A stretch of DNA of 49,179 nt from Myxococcales bacterium (GTDB taxonomy: Bacteria > Myxococcota_A > Bradymonadia > UBA4248), in assembly GCA_004554395.1 (NCBI GenBank), contig SFMP01000064.1, forward strand, positions 1 through 49,179, given 5' to 3'. The position numbers were made by a program, and so were the translations under genes. The number at the start of each line of letters is the position of its first letter. The stretch's first letter is position 1. The notes beneath the pieces were generated by a model. It ran no database searches and was not told the origin of the DNA. It saw only the letters and a program-made list of their open reading frames with translations. Shown piece after piece: positions 14,076 through 23,153 of this stretch.

Positions 14076-14618
14076 CTATGGCGTCAGCAATGGATTTGGG
14101 ATTTCTGTCAATTTAACCTTCCAACGATTATCTTCGAGAACGACGACGATGCGCCGAGCGTCGCCAGATTTAGCGATGGCGTAGAGGATTTTTGTCGAAT
14201 CGTCTTCTTCGTCGTCGGTTCTATCGCCGAATTCGTCGCGAATGTCGGCGAGACCAGCAATAAACACGTCGTTGACTGGGTCAAACGGTATGATGTCGCC
14301 GTTTTGCTGTAGTTTGTGTGCGGCAAGCGAGGCTTCGAGATCGCCATCGATGGCGTGTTTTCGCAAGAAATCGACGGAATCGTCGGTCATCCAGGAGAGT
14401 GCTTGAGACCATTTTTCGTCGGCGAGAGCCGCAAAGCATTGGATAGCGCTACGCTTTGCATCGATGTAGCGTTTCATCGCTTCTTCGGGTGATTCTTGTG
14501 GTTTCTGAGCTTTAACCCATTCGTCTTTTGGCGGCGGATCGGGCAATGAATACATACGCGTGCATCCAGCACAAGCTATCGAAACGAACGACAAGATTGC
14601 AATATAACGCCAAAACAC
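14076..14618 (-). CDS. Hypothetical lipoprotein
   Basis: N-terminus MFWRYIAILSFVSIACAGC is a signal peptide with lipobox. 180 aa, no family recognised. Confidence 0.65.
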   Translation of the reverse strand: MFWRYIAILSFVSIACAGCTRMYSLPDPPPKDEWVKAQKPQESPEEAMKRYIDAKRSAIQCFAALADEKWSQALSWMTDDSVDFLRKHAIDGDLEASLAAHKLQQNGDIIPFDPVNDVFIAGLADIRDEFGDRTDDEEDDSTKILYAIAKSGDARRIVVVLEDNRWKVKLTEIPNPLLTP

Positions 14619-14814
14619 CGCATGACCTCAGCAACAGTGGGCACGCGCGAGCGCAGCCCAATCTCAGAAACGCTATGAGCTATATATGAGCGATGTGCAA
14701 ATAGCAACATCGCAAATGCGTTCACTTTATGCGAAAAGCGATTGTGCCCCGCGTGGGTCCAATCGCTTTTGCGGTGCGTGGCAAAGCCACGCAAAAGAGA
14801 GATGAAAGAGACGA

Positions 14815-16638
14815 TTATTCTTGTTCGGCTTTATTGGCTGCGCGAATCGAACGGATGCGTTGTGCGGCGGTGAGGTATCGTTTGCGCAAGCGGATGGAAA
14901 TCGGCGTGACTTCGACGAGTTCGTCTTCGTCGATCCATTCGATCGATTCTTCGAGCGACATGATGCGAGGAGGTGTGAGGATGATGTTATCGTCGCGCCC
15001 AGCGGCTCGCATATTTGAAAGTTTCTTTTCGCGTGAAACGTTGACATCGATATCGTTTGGGCGAGAGTTTTCGCCGACGATCATGCCTTCGTAGCAGTCG
15101 ACACCGGGCCCGATGAAGAGAACGCCGCGTGGTTGGAGATGGAAGAGCGCATAGGGTATGCTCTTTCCGTCGCGGTCGGCGACGAGAGCACCGTTTTGTC
15201 GGTAGTTCATGGCACCGAACCAAGGCGCCCAGCCGTTGAATAGGGTATTCATGATGCCGAGGCCTCGAGTTTCGTTGAGGAATTGGGAGCGGAAGCCGAT
15301 GAGCCCGCGGGAAGGGACGTCGAATTCGACGTGAACGCGGCCGGAACCGAGGGATTTCATCGTATCCATGATGCCTTTGCGCAAAGCGAGCATTTGTGTA
15401 ATGGCGCCGACGTTGACTTCGGGCATGTCGAGGATGAGTCGTTCCATCGGTTCGAGTGTTTTTCCGTTTTCGTCTTTTTTTGTGACGACTTCGGGCTTTG
15501 AAATGCACATTTCGAAGCCTTCGCGGCGCATCGTTTCGATGAGGATGGAGAGGGAGAGTTCGCCGCGCCCCATGACTTTGAACGTGTCTTTGGAATCGGT
15601 TTCTTCGACGCGCATGGAGACGTTGGCACGAGCCTCTTTGAACAGGCGTTCGGAGATATGACGGGTCGTGACGAGCTTGCCTTCTTTGCCAGCGAAAGGT
15701 CCGTTATTGACGCTGAAGAACATGGCGATCGTCGGTTCATCGACGCGGACGCGAGGCAAAGCGACGGGATTGTCGATCGACGACAAAGTATCGCCAATGG
15801 CGATTTCTTCGATACCCGCGACGGAGAAGAGTTCGCCGGCTGGAGCTTCTTTGACGCGTTTGCGATCGAGGCCGTCGAAAACGTAGAGCTGACCGACTTT
15901 GATCGAGCGATTTCCCTTTTCGCCCATGATCGTGAGCAATTCGTCTTCGCACAGCGTGCCTTCGAAGACGCGGCCGACGGCCATTTTGCCCAAATAATTG
16001 TCGTAGTCGGTGTTGGTGACGAGGGCTTGTAGATTGCCCTTGGGATCGCCTTTGGGCTCGGGGATGTATTTGATAATGGCGTCGAAGATAGGCGCCAAAT
16101 TGGGTTGGATATCGTCGGGGCTCGTGCCAGAGACGCCGTCGCGCGCGATAGCGTAGAGGACGGGGAATTCGATTTGTTCGTCGTTTGCATCGAGATCGAT
16201 GAAGAGCGAATAGACTTCGTCGAGGACTTCGGCAGGGCGAGCATCTTGTCGATCGATCTTATTGAGGACGACGATGACGGCTAAACCGCGAGCCAGTGCT
16301 TTTTTGAGAACGAATCGCGTTTGGGGGAGTGGACCTTCGGCGGCATCGACGAGCAAGACGACGCCATCGACCATCGTGAGCATGCGTTCGACTTCGCCGC
16401 CGAAATCGGCGTGACCCGGTGTGTCGGCGATGTTGATCTTGACGCCATTCCATTCGACAGCCGTAGCTTTGCCGATGATCGTAATGCCGCGTTCGCGTTC
16501 CAATGCATTTGAATCCATGACGCGTTCGACGACGTTTCGCTTGTTGTCGAGGCTACCGGATTGTTTCAAAAGCGCGTCGACGAGCGTCGTCTTGCCGTGG
16601 TCAACGTGGGCTATAATCGCGACGTTTCTATAACTCAT
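14815..16638 (-). CDS. typA: Translational GTPase TypA/BipA
   Basis: [47 protein letters not shown] and the full-length EF-G-like layout of 607 aa. Confidence 0.97.
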   Translation of the reverse strand: MSYRNVAIIAHVDHGKTTLVDALLKQSGSLDNKRNVVERVMDSNALERERGITIIGKATAVEWNGVKINIADTPGHADFGGEVERMLTMVDGVVLLVDAAEGPLPQTRFVLKKALARGLAVIVVLNKIDRQDARPAEVLDEVYSLFIDLDANDEQIEFPVLYAIARDGVSGTSPDDIQPNLAPIFDAIIKYIPEPKGDPKGNLQALVTNTDYDNYLGKMAVGRVFEGTLCEDELLTIMGEKGNRSIKVGQLYVFDGLDRKRVKEAPAGELFSVAGIEEIAIGDTLSSIDNPVALPRVRVDEPTIAMFFSVNNGPFAGKEGKLVTTRHISERLFKEARANVSMRVEETDSKDTFKVMGRGELSLSILIETMRREGFEMCISKPEVVTKKDENGKTLEPMERLILDMPEVNVGAITQMLALRKGIMDTMKSLGSGRVHVEFDVPSRGLIGFRSQFLNETRGLGIMNTLFNGWAPWFGAMNYRQNGALVADRDGKSIPYALFHLQPRGVLFIGPGVDCYEGMIVGENSRPNDIDVNVSREKKLSNMRAAGRDDNIILTPPRIMSLEESIEWIDEDELVEVTPISIRLRKRYLTAAQRIRSIRAANKAEQE

Positions 16639-16884
16639 AGTATTTAAGGTACTCCAGAAATCGGTCTCAGTGAGGCTTTGTCGAAGGGGAAAGCCAAAAC
16701 CGCTTTTGATGATGTTAAAGGTCTTTGCATGGCGTCACTTCGCGCACGTCTATGCATCGACGACGGAGGGCAATTTTTTGCCTCCGCAAAAACCGCAACT
16801 TTGTAGGGCGTTGAATCGGTTTTTGTCAATGTTTTTTTGCGTTGTCTGCAGTGATCCTGTACAAAAAAGTAATACGCATTTGCC

Positions 16885-17045
16885 TTCGTTTATCATCTCG
16901 CCCCTCCCCCTGACCACTCCCCCGGCCTATCGGCCCCCCTCTCCATAAATGGAGAGGGGGAATAGACAGGTTTATATGGATGGGCGGCCCAGTTCCCCTG
17001 GCGATGGGGCGGGGCTACTCGCCGCAAACCCCTAACGGGGTTTAA
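16885..17045. repeat. REP-like mosaic repeat, including hairpin CCCCCTCTCCAT-AAA-TGGAGAGGGGG
   Basis: Shares GACC.C.CCC.GGCCT.TCGGC..CCCCTCTCCATAAATGG with 19741-20040. A second hairpin is AAACCCC-TAAC-GGGGTTT. Confidence 0.8.
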
Positions 17046-17060
17046 TGGAGCGATGAATAA

Positions 17061-17091
17061 GAAAAAAGCGACTTCGGTCATTGAAGTCGCT
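17061..17091 (-). terminator. Rho-independent terminator downstream of the Cys-rich 154-aa gene
   Basis: Minus strand reads AGCGACTTC-loop-GAAGTCGCT followed by TTTTTTCTTATT. Confidence 0.7.
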
Positions 17092-17135
17092 TTGATTTGT
17101 ATCGCTAGGCGATAGAAGAAAAGGATTGGGTGACG

Positions 17136-17600
17136 TTATTCGGCTTTATCGGCGTCTTCGTCTTTTTTGCAGCAGCATTCGTCTTTTCCGCAAGCCTTAT
17201 CGCCATCGCATTCGCAGTCTTTTCCGCAACAGCATTCGTCTTTTCCGCAAGCCTTATCGCCATCGCATTCGCAGTCTTTTCCGCAACAGCAGCAGGCTTC
17301 TTGCTCGCCCGACGGCATTTCTTGAGCTTCTTCGTCGTCGTAGAGGTCGTTGAGCGCATCGATGTATTTTTCGCAAGCTTCGGGCAACGTGAGTTCGTTG
17401 CGTTTGACGAGTTTGTAGACTTTCTTGCCGAGGCGTAGGAAATGTCTTTCTGCTTCGCGTTCGCGGAGTTTTTCTTCGACGACGATTTTGCCTTTTTCGG
17501 CGGCATCTTTTGCCGTTTCGACGGCAGCTTTGCCAAGCGATTGGGCTTTGTTCAAGAGTACAGAGAAGGTGTCTTTAACGGTTTCTTTTACATCTGCCAT
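17136..17600 (-). CDS. Small protein: helical/charged N-terminal part plus an extremely Cys-rich (metallothionein-like) acidic tail
   Basis: 154 aa. The tail is ACCCCGKDCECDGDKACGKDECCCGKDCECDGDKACGKDECCCKKD. It is encoded by a 57-bp tandem duplication (17175-17231 and 17232-17288). Confidence 0.75.
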   Translation of the reverse strand: MADVKETVKDTFSVLLNKAQSLGKAAVETAKDAAEKGKIVVEEKLREREAERHFLRLGKKVYKLVKRNELTLPEACEKYIDALNDLYDDEEAQEMPSGEQEACCCCGKDCECDGDKACGKDECCCGKDCECDGDKACGKDECCCKKDEDADKAE

Positions 17601-17642
17601 GATTATGTCTCCTGAGTGTAGAGCGATGAAGTATCGCTTGTT

Positions 17643-18578
17643 TTATGGGCAGGCACTAGGGTGTGCCTTTCGAATTTCATCGAAGCTCTTTTGGTATCGG
17701 GCTTTTCTGAAATCGGTTAAATCATTGGAATCGCTTGTGAGAGCGTCGTTAAGCGTTTTGCAAGCGATATCGAATTGCCCAGCTTTTGAATAGAGAACGG
17801 CTTTAGCGAAGGGAAAGTCGTAGGGCAATCCGCTGTATTGGAGTTGTTCGATTTTTTCGATTTTATTTTGAAGCGGTAGCGAGGAGAGTTCGATTTGCCA
17901 CCGCAAGAAGGCTGTTTGTTCTTCGGGGGAATCGAAACGCGAAGCGGTATAGAATTCTGCGACGACGGCGAACCAAAGGTGTCGGTGTAGGAGAGCTGCG
18001 ATTTTTCTCGATTGTGGCGAGAAAGAGCCGTCGTTGCCGCGCAAATGTTCGCGTCGATCGATTTGATCGAAGGCGTTGATTTCGGCGTCGATGATCGAGG
18101 CGATATCGGGCACGTGAGATTGGCAAATGTCGATGATATGTTGCCGAGCCTCGGGTTTGGATTCATAGAGAGGGGCGAGGGTTTGGAAAGCTTGCTCGCT
18201 TATCCAATAAATCGCAGAGAAGGATGTGTTGGCGATGAGGCCGGCAAGGTCGGCTTCGAGCTGACCTTTGGCGTCGCGAATGGCCTGTTCGTTGGCGTCG
18301 TTTGTATCTTCGATAGCGACGCGGGCTTTGTAGCTGATCCAGTCGCAGATCGTCGGGATGGCACTGATATCGTTGGGATCGGTTGGTTGGCCGAACCATG
18401 CTTCGTGAGCCTTATCGAGGAGTGCGAATTGCCCGTCGATCGGTTCGAATTCGAGCGATGATTGCTGCTGTGGCAAGAGCAACATGACGATAAAACTCGC
18501 CATGATGATAATGCCAATGATGGTCATGATGCGTTTCGATGTGTTCATAGGACATCCTTGAAGAATTACCGATCGCAT
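17643..18578 (-). CDS. Hypothetical membrane-anchored protein (alternative start 18548)
   Basis: One N-terminal TM (IMTIIGIIIMASFIVMLLL). AAGGA lies 7 nt before ATG 18548. Same strand between the M50 protease and the Cys-rich gene. Confidence 0.65.
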   Translation of the reverse strand: MRSVILQGCPMNTSKRIMTIIGIIIMASFIVMLLLPQQQSSLEFEPIDGQFALLDKAHEAWFGQPTDPNDISAIPTICDWISYKARVAIEDTNDANEQAIRDAKGQLEADLAGLIANTSFSAIYWISEQAFQTLAPLYESKPEARQHIIDICQSHVPDIASIIDAEINAFDQIDRREHLRGNDGSFSPQSRKIAALLHRHLWFAVVAEFYTASRFDSPEEQTAFLRWQIELSSLPLQNKIEKIEQLQYSGLPYDFPFAKAVLYSKAGQFDIACKTLNDALTSDSNDLTDFRKARYQKSFDEIRKAHPSACP

Positions 18579-18612
18579 TATACCACGAAAAGAAGACGCT
18601 AGTGAATTAAAA

Positions 18613-19557
18613 TCACTGCGTTAGAGATTTGCATCGCGCCGTAGCTTGTTTGACGGCATCGGTTTGTTTTGCGCGCGGCGCGTATTCGAGAGCTTCATCG
18701 TATTTTCCCAGGTTCGTGCATGCGATGGTGAGCAATTCGTAGGCGCGAGCGATTTGATCGCGTCCATCGGCGGCGAGTTTCATTTGGTGCCCGAGCATTT
18801 CGAGCTTTCGCCAATCGTGTGCACGCGCTGCGACAAGCCCTTTTTCGTAGAGCGCTTCGGCTTGAATGCCGATGTGTTTCATCCGCTCAGTGGCATCGTT
18901 GCCCGATCCGCGTATTGCCTTCATAAAATCGTTGAAGTTGATGAATGCAAAATAGATCGAGATGATGATCATGAACATGTTTCGGCCGAGGGCAAAGTAG
19001 ATGATCATGCCGACGGCTAAGACGAAGCTGAAGATCGAGATGATTTGGACGGCGCGTTCGGGCTTTGTGATCTTTGCCAACAGGTGCGTGAAGACTTTGC
19101 TACCGTCCATGGGGCGGACGGGGAGCAGGTTGAATATGCCCCAAATCAAGTTAATGTACATCGTATAGGAGAGGAATATCTTCAAGAGTTGGTATTTGTC
19201 GAGGAGAGGCGCAAATCCCAAGAGATTGACAAGGAATAGGATGCCAAAGATAACGCCAGCGACGACGAGGCCAGCCATGGGGCCTGCTAGGGTAATGAGA
19301 AAGTCTTGTTTTGGCGAATTGGGGCGTGCGTGTGTCGTGAGTCCACCCAAGCCGCATAGCGTGACCTCCGGGTTGAGGTGGAAGTGTTTTGCCGTGAGGG
19401 CATGGCCGAATTCGTGGATGAGCACGCCTAGAGTGGCGCATGCTCCGAAGATAAAGGGATTATTCATTCCAACGCTCAAGATGAGGATGAGCAGGATGAA
19501 CATGGGCTGAAAAGAGACGGGAATGCCTTTTATCGTAAATAGGTGGATACCTTGCAT
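18613..19557 (-). CDS. M50-family (site-2 protease-like) membrane metalloprotease with a TPR-like C-terminal extension
   Basis: HEFGHAL (HExxH) and NLLPVRPMDG (NxxPxxxxDG) in a polytopic region. Start trimmed to ATG 19557 (GAGGA RBS) because the longer ORF translates REP repeats. Confidence 0.85.
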   Translation of the reverse strand: MQGIHLFTIKGIPVSFQPMFILLILILSVGMNNPFIFGACATLGVLIHEFGHALTAKHFHLNPEVTLCGLGGLTTHARPNSPKQDFLITLAGPMAGLVVAGVIFGILFLVNLLGFAPLLDKYQLLKIFLSYTMYINLIWGIFNLLPVRPMDGSKVFTHLLAKITKPERAVQIISIFSFVLAVGMIIYFALGRNMFMIIISIYFAFINFNDFMKAIRGSGNDATERMKHIGIQAEALYEKGLVAARAHDWRKLEMLGHQMKLAADGRDQIARAYELLTIACTNLGKYDEALEYAPRAKQTDAVKQATARCKSLTQ

Positions 19558-19734
19558 TATTGTCCTCGATGTGATGCGCCCCGCAAAGCGCCACTCGGTC
19601 GCTTCGCAGATGGGGTCGACGCATTGGGTCATGCGCTCGCAATTGGCATGTGGCGGCGCATGGCGTCCATAGACTAAAACGCTTGAGTTGATCAATTCAT
19701 TCCTCTTGTTTTGGACCGCAGCCCTTGGCCGTTT

Positions 19735-20217
19735 ATTTTGGACCTCACTCCCTGGCCTGTCGGCCACCCCCTCTCCATGAATGGAGAGGGGGTAAAGACG
19801 CCCGCGTTGCGGGCGTAGTCGATTTTGCGATGGGGGAATGTGACCTCAGCCCCGGCCTGTCGGCTACCCCCTCTCCATAAATGGCGATGGGATGTAGACA
19901 TCTGCCTACGGCAGATGTGAGATAGTTGGCGAGGGGGAATAGACGCCCGCGTTGCGGTCGTTGTCGATTTTGCGATGGGAATGTGACCTCAGCCCCGGCC
20001 TGTCGGCCACCCCCTTTCCATAAATGGCGATGGGGTGTAGACATCTGCCTACGGCAGATGTGAGAAATTTTGTGATGGGAATGAGCGCCCTGAAAGGGCG
20101 CCAGAATACAGCCCGGGGTAAACGAAGTGCAACCCCGGGCGCCCAGAGCCCGTATTGAGCGATAGCGAAATAGGGCGACAAAAGCCCGTATTGAGCGATA
20201 GCGAAATAGGGCGCCCC
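19735..20217. repeat. Large mosaic array of REP-like hairpin modules, including a 145-bp higher-order duplication
   Basis: GATTTTGCGATGGG...CATCTGCCTACGGCAGATGTGAGA recurs at 19821 and 19966. Hairpins seen: CCCCCTCTCCAT-GAA-TGGAGAGGGGG, GACGCCCGC-GTT-GCGGGCGT, CATCTGCC-TAC-GGCAGATG, GCGCCC-TGAAA-GGGCGC, GCCCGGGGT-N12-ACCCCGGGC, and two copies of GCCCGTATTGAGCGATAGCGAAATAGGGCG. Confidence 0.9.
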
Positions 20218-20308
20218 AAAAAAAGACAAAGAAAAAGCTTCGAAAAAACGCGGAGGGAATTTCGAAGAAAATTCGGGGAAAACGCCGAAAATAGAAGCGA
20301 AAAACGAC

Positions 20309-20338
20309 AAAAAAAGCGAAGATGAAATCACCTTCGCT
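20309..20338 (-). terminator. Rho-independent (bidirectional-looking) terminator after the 420-aa gene
   Basis: Stem AGCGAAG / CTTCGCT with a 10-nt loop. It is flanked by an A-run on the plus strand (T-run on the minus strand) and by TTTT on the plus strand. Confidence 0.65.
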
Positions 20339-20377
20339 TTTTGAGAATTGCTAGAACGCGTTGTTTGTGGGAAACGC

Positions 20378-21640
20378 CTAGAGTTTTGCCTCGCTTGCGA
20401 TGATGTGGATGCGAGAGGCGAGTCCGTCGGTTGATTTTTCGATTTCGCCCATGATGGCGAGTATTTGTATCATGCGGTTTCGATAACGTTCGAGAGCGTT
20501 GGCGCTACCACTGAAGAGTTTGGTGCGTTCGAGTAGGACGATTTCGTCGGCGAAGACGGTTTGTTCTTTGCCGTCGTTGTCGGCGATGACGTAGATGAGG
20601 CGGTTGGGTAGAGTGAGCGTCGTGTCGGTGGTGATTTCGACGACGGGTTCTGCGCCAGCTTTTGTTTTTGCTTTAGCGGGGGCGTAGATGCGGGCTTTGT
20701 ATTCATCGTCGGAGAGGCGTCCGGAGGCGTGCATGGCTTCGAAGGCTTTGGCGGCGTCGGCGTCGTCGGTGAGAGCGCTTTTGACTTGGTAGATTTCGGT
20801 CGATTGTAGTGCCTTGAGCGTGCGGTCGCTGTCGGCCTCGGTGATTTTGAGGACGTCGGCGGCGTTGACTTTGATGGCGTAGACGATGTTTCGGTCGGTA
20901 GCCGAGCTCGTGCCGAGGATTTGTTTGATTTCGGCGGCGTCTTTTTCGGTGTTGTCGATGTGCGACTGTAGCAGAGCGGCGAGCAATGACGTGCCCGCGC
21001 CGTAACCGCGGATATCGCTGAGCGGATTTTGAGCCGAGTTGCTGGCCATGGAAATGACGTTTGCGGGGAGTTTGCTGACGTCGAGGACGAAATCGTAGTC
21101 GGCTTCGTTATATTTTTTGATGACGTCGTTATAGAAGTGTTCGTTGTATTCGAGGACGCCGGCGCCGAGCGATTCGCTACGCTGTTTGAAGAGCTGTGCG
21201 AACGTTTGGAAGTTGTCGACTTTTTGTTTAATGGTGGGCTCGATTTTTTGTGCGACGTCGATGCGGAGGTTGACTTCGGCGCGTTGTGCGAAGACGTATT
21301 GCCAGCACGAACCGATGAAGGCGCCAAAAGCGAGCGAGACGAGGATGACGACGCCGACCATGATGGGCTTGGCGCGGTCTTTTGGGGGGAGTAGCGACTT
21401 ATCGACTTGGTTCAAGTTGTAGTCGAAGAGGCGCTGTTGCTTTGGGGCATCGTCGATTTCTTCGATGATGACTTGTTGTTGTTGGCGTTTTGGAAGTTTT
21501 GATCCGAAACCACCACCAAAGCCGCCGCCACTAGAGACACCACCGCCAAAGCCGCCTGCGCCGCCAGATTTGGCAGCCATGCGAGCCTTGAGCTCGTCGA
21601 TGTTTTTGAACTTGGAATTATTGCTGGAAGAATTCAACAC
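20378..21640 (-). CDS. Hypothetical bitopic membrane protein, paralogue A (start trimmed to GTG 21640)
   Basis: AGGAGG plus GTG-TTG-AAT gives (V)LNSSSNN, matching paralogue B's MLNFSSNN. A Gly-rich tail, one TM (IMVGVVILVSLAFGAFIG) and the shared C-terminal motifs LPN.LIY, FADE(I/V)(V/I)L and SANA..RY. Confidence 0.75.
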   Translation of the reverse strand: MLNSSSNNSKFKNIDELKARMAAKSGGAGGFGGGVSSGGGFGGGFGSKLPKRQQQQVIIEEIDDAPKQQRLFDYNLNQVDKSLLPPKDRAKPIMVGVVILVSLAFGAFIGSCWQYVFAQRAEVNLRIDVAQKIEPTIKQKVDNFQTFAQLFKQRSESLGAGVLEYNEHFYNDVIKKYNEADYDFVLDVSKLPANVISMASNSAQNPLSDIRGYGAGTSLLAALLQSHIDNTEKDAAEIKQILGTSSATDRNIVYAIKVNAADVLKITEADSDRTLKALQSTEIYQVKSALTDDADAAKAFEAMHASGRLSDDEYKARIYAPAKAKTKAGAEPVVEITTDTTLTLPNRLIYVIADNDGKEQTVFADEIVLLERTKLFSGSANALERYRNRMIQILAIMGEIEKSTDGLASRIHIIASEAKL

Positions 21641-21820
21641 TCCCTCCTGGGCAGAAAGAATCGCGAAGACCGTTTTCAACGGCATTCACAAGAAATATCG
21701 TCGACTCGAAAAAATATGGGGCGCAGTCTGCGGTGTGAATTCATCGGCGGACTGCTGAAATCTCTTTCACTAAGGGTTTGCGATAAATCCTTTCGGATTA
21801 TCGATGATCATTGGGCTTTT

Positions 21821-22001
21821 GGCAACGATTTAGAAGGTCTGTGAAATTGTTGCCGAGATTTGGTTCTCGACAACTATTTTAGAAAGTCTCCGAAATTGTC
21901 GTCGAGATTTGGTTTTTGTCAACTGTTTGAGAAATTCTCTGAAATTGTCGTCGGGATTTGGTTTTCGACAACGATTTAGAAGATTTCCGCAACTGTCGTC
22001 G
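21821..22001. repeat. Four tandem ~49-bp units (48, 49, 49 and a 35-bp partial) in the paralogue intergenic region
   Basis: Units start at 21821, 21869, 21918 and 21967. Consensus is about GACAAC.ATTTAGAA..TCT..GAAATTGTCGTCGAGATTTGGTTTT. Confidence 0.9.
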
Positions 22002-22019
22002 TTCAAGTGCCTTTGTGGT

Positions 22020-23153
22020 TTAGGTATCGGGGATAAAGGCTTTGAGGTCTTGTTGAATCGTAGCGCTCGAGGCGACCGTTTTGTCGATGAGGTCTTTGAT
22101 CGTCTGTGTGCGCCATTCATAGCGAGCTTTGGCGTTGGCGGATTTACCGAAGAAGTGCTCGCGGTCGACTAAGATGACTTCGTCGGCGAAGAGATTCGAC
22201 TTATTGCCTTGTCGGTTGGTGACGTCGTAGATGAGGTGATTGGGCAAATCGAGGCCTTCATTTCGCAGGCGTGCTTCTTCTCTTTTGTCTTTTGGTTTGT
22301 AGTCGCGTCGAGCGCGTTGTTCGTTCGACCATTGGCCATCGTTTTTGATATCGCCATAGAGCGACGAGAGTTCGGCATCGTCTTCGACGACGTCGCGATA
22401 TGTAAAGATCGAGATGACGCCATTGGCATATTGCGATCGCGGCGCGGTCGTCGCCAAGTAATAGAGTGCGTCGGGGATGACTTGCATGGCGTAGAGCACG
22501 GTTTCGTCGCCGGAGTGGCTCTGGAGCTCGAGGATCGACTCGGAGTCGGCACGCGTTTCGGCCAAGTGCGTTTCGATGAGTTGTCGCAAGAGCATCGATT
22601 GTGCCGAATATTCGCGCAAGCCGACGAGCGGATTGGCTTTGGGGTCGATGAGGAGGACGGCTTCGCCCGTGATATCGCTCGACATATCGAGCATGAATTG
22701 CGTGATTTGCGGGCTCCGGACTTTCGTTTTGAAGCTCTCGAACGCCGCTTCGCTATAATTCGCCCCTGCAATTTTGTCGAATTCCTCTTTGAGCGAATGC
22801 AGAGCAGTAATCTTGTCGCTGACCGTTCTGTCGATGGCGCGAGCTATCGATGCTTTTCGCTGGACATCGGCTTTGTCGGCTTTGACCGAGGCGACGCCAT
22901 AACCGATAAAGGCGCCAATGATGGCGGCAACGCAGAACGCCGCGCACGCTTTGTAGACGCGCGTATCGACGCCCTCGGGCTGAACGGTGAGCATGTTCTG
23001 GTAATCGGCTTCGTCGAGTTCGCTGATTTGGGGAACATAATTGTAATCGTCCGGCTCTGCCTCGTACACTTCTTGTATTATGGGTTCGGGACTCGTGTTT
23101 TGTGCTGCGTTTTGAGTTCCGATTCCGGGATTATTGCTCGAAAAATTCAACAT
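22020..23153 (-). CDS. Hypothetical bitopic membrane protein, paralogue B
   Basis: AGGAGGGG RBS and start MLNFSSNN. One TM (ACAAFCVAAIIGAFIGYGV). Colinear similarity to 20378-21640 along the periplasmic part. Confidence 0.8.
   Translation of the reverse strand: MLNFSSNNPGIGTQNAAQNTSPEPIIQEVYEAEPDDYNYVPQISELDEADYQNMLTVQPEGVDTRVYKACAAFCVAAIIGAFIGYGVASVKADKADVQRKASIARAIDRTVSDKITALHSLKEEFDKIAGANYSEAAFESFKTKVRSPQITQFMLDMSSDITGEAVLLIDPKANPLVGLREYSAQSMLLRQLIETHLAETRADSESILELQSHSGDETVLYAMQVIPDALYYLATTAPRSQYANGVISIFTYRDVVEDDAELSSLYGDIKNDGQWSNEQRARRDYKPKDKREEARLRNEGLDLPNHLIYDVTNRQGNKSNLFADEVILVDREHFFGKSANAKARYEWRTQTIKDLIDKTVASSATIQQDLKAFIPDT

Noticed and set aside
14741-14805. Two hairpins after the typA stop (AAAAGCGATTG-N15-CAATCGCTTTT and TGCGTGGC-AAA-GCCACGCA) as intrinsic terminators
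   Set aside because: Neither is followed by a T-run on the minus strand, and the next gene downstream is on the same strand, so a terminator call is not supported. They may be attenuating or processing structures.
19558-19767. N-terminal 70-aa extension of the M50 protease ORF; similar extensions at 21641-21685, 26904-26951 and 34757-34864
   Set aside because: The extensions translate REP repeats or lack an RBS. Internal starts have good Shine-Dalgarno sequences. They also give canonical N-termini: a first TM segment for the M50 protease, MLN.SSNN matching the paralogue, the DJ-1 start, and a lipoprotein signal.
21830-22120. 96-aa minus-strand ORF spanning the 49-bp tandem repeats
   Set aside because: It overlaps the 3' end of paralogue B in another frame, and its sequence is just the repeat read through three times. 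It has no RBS.
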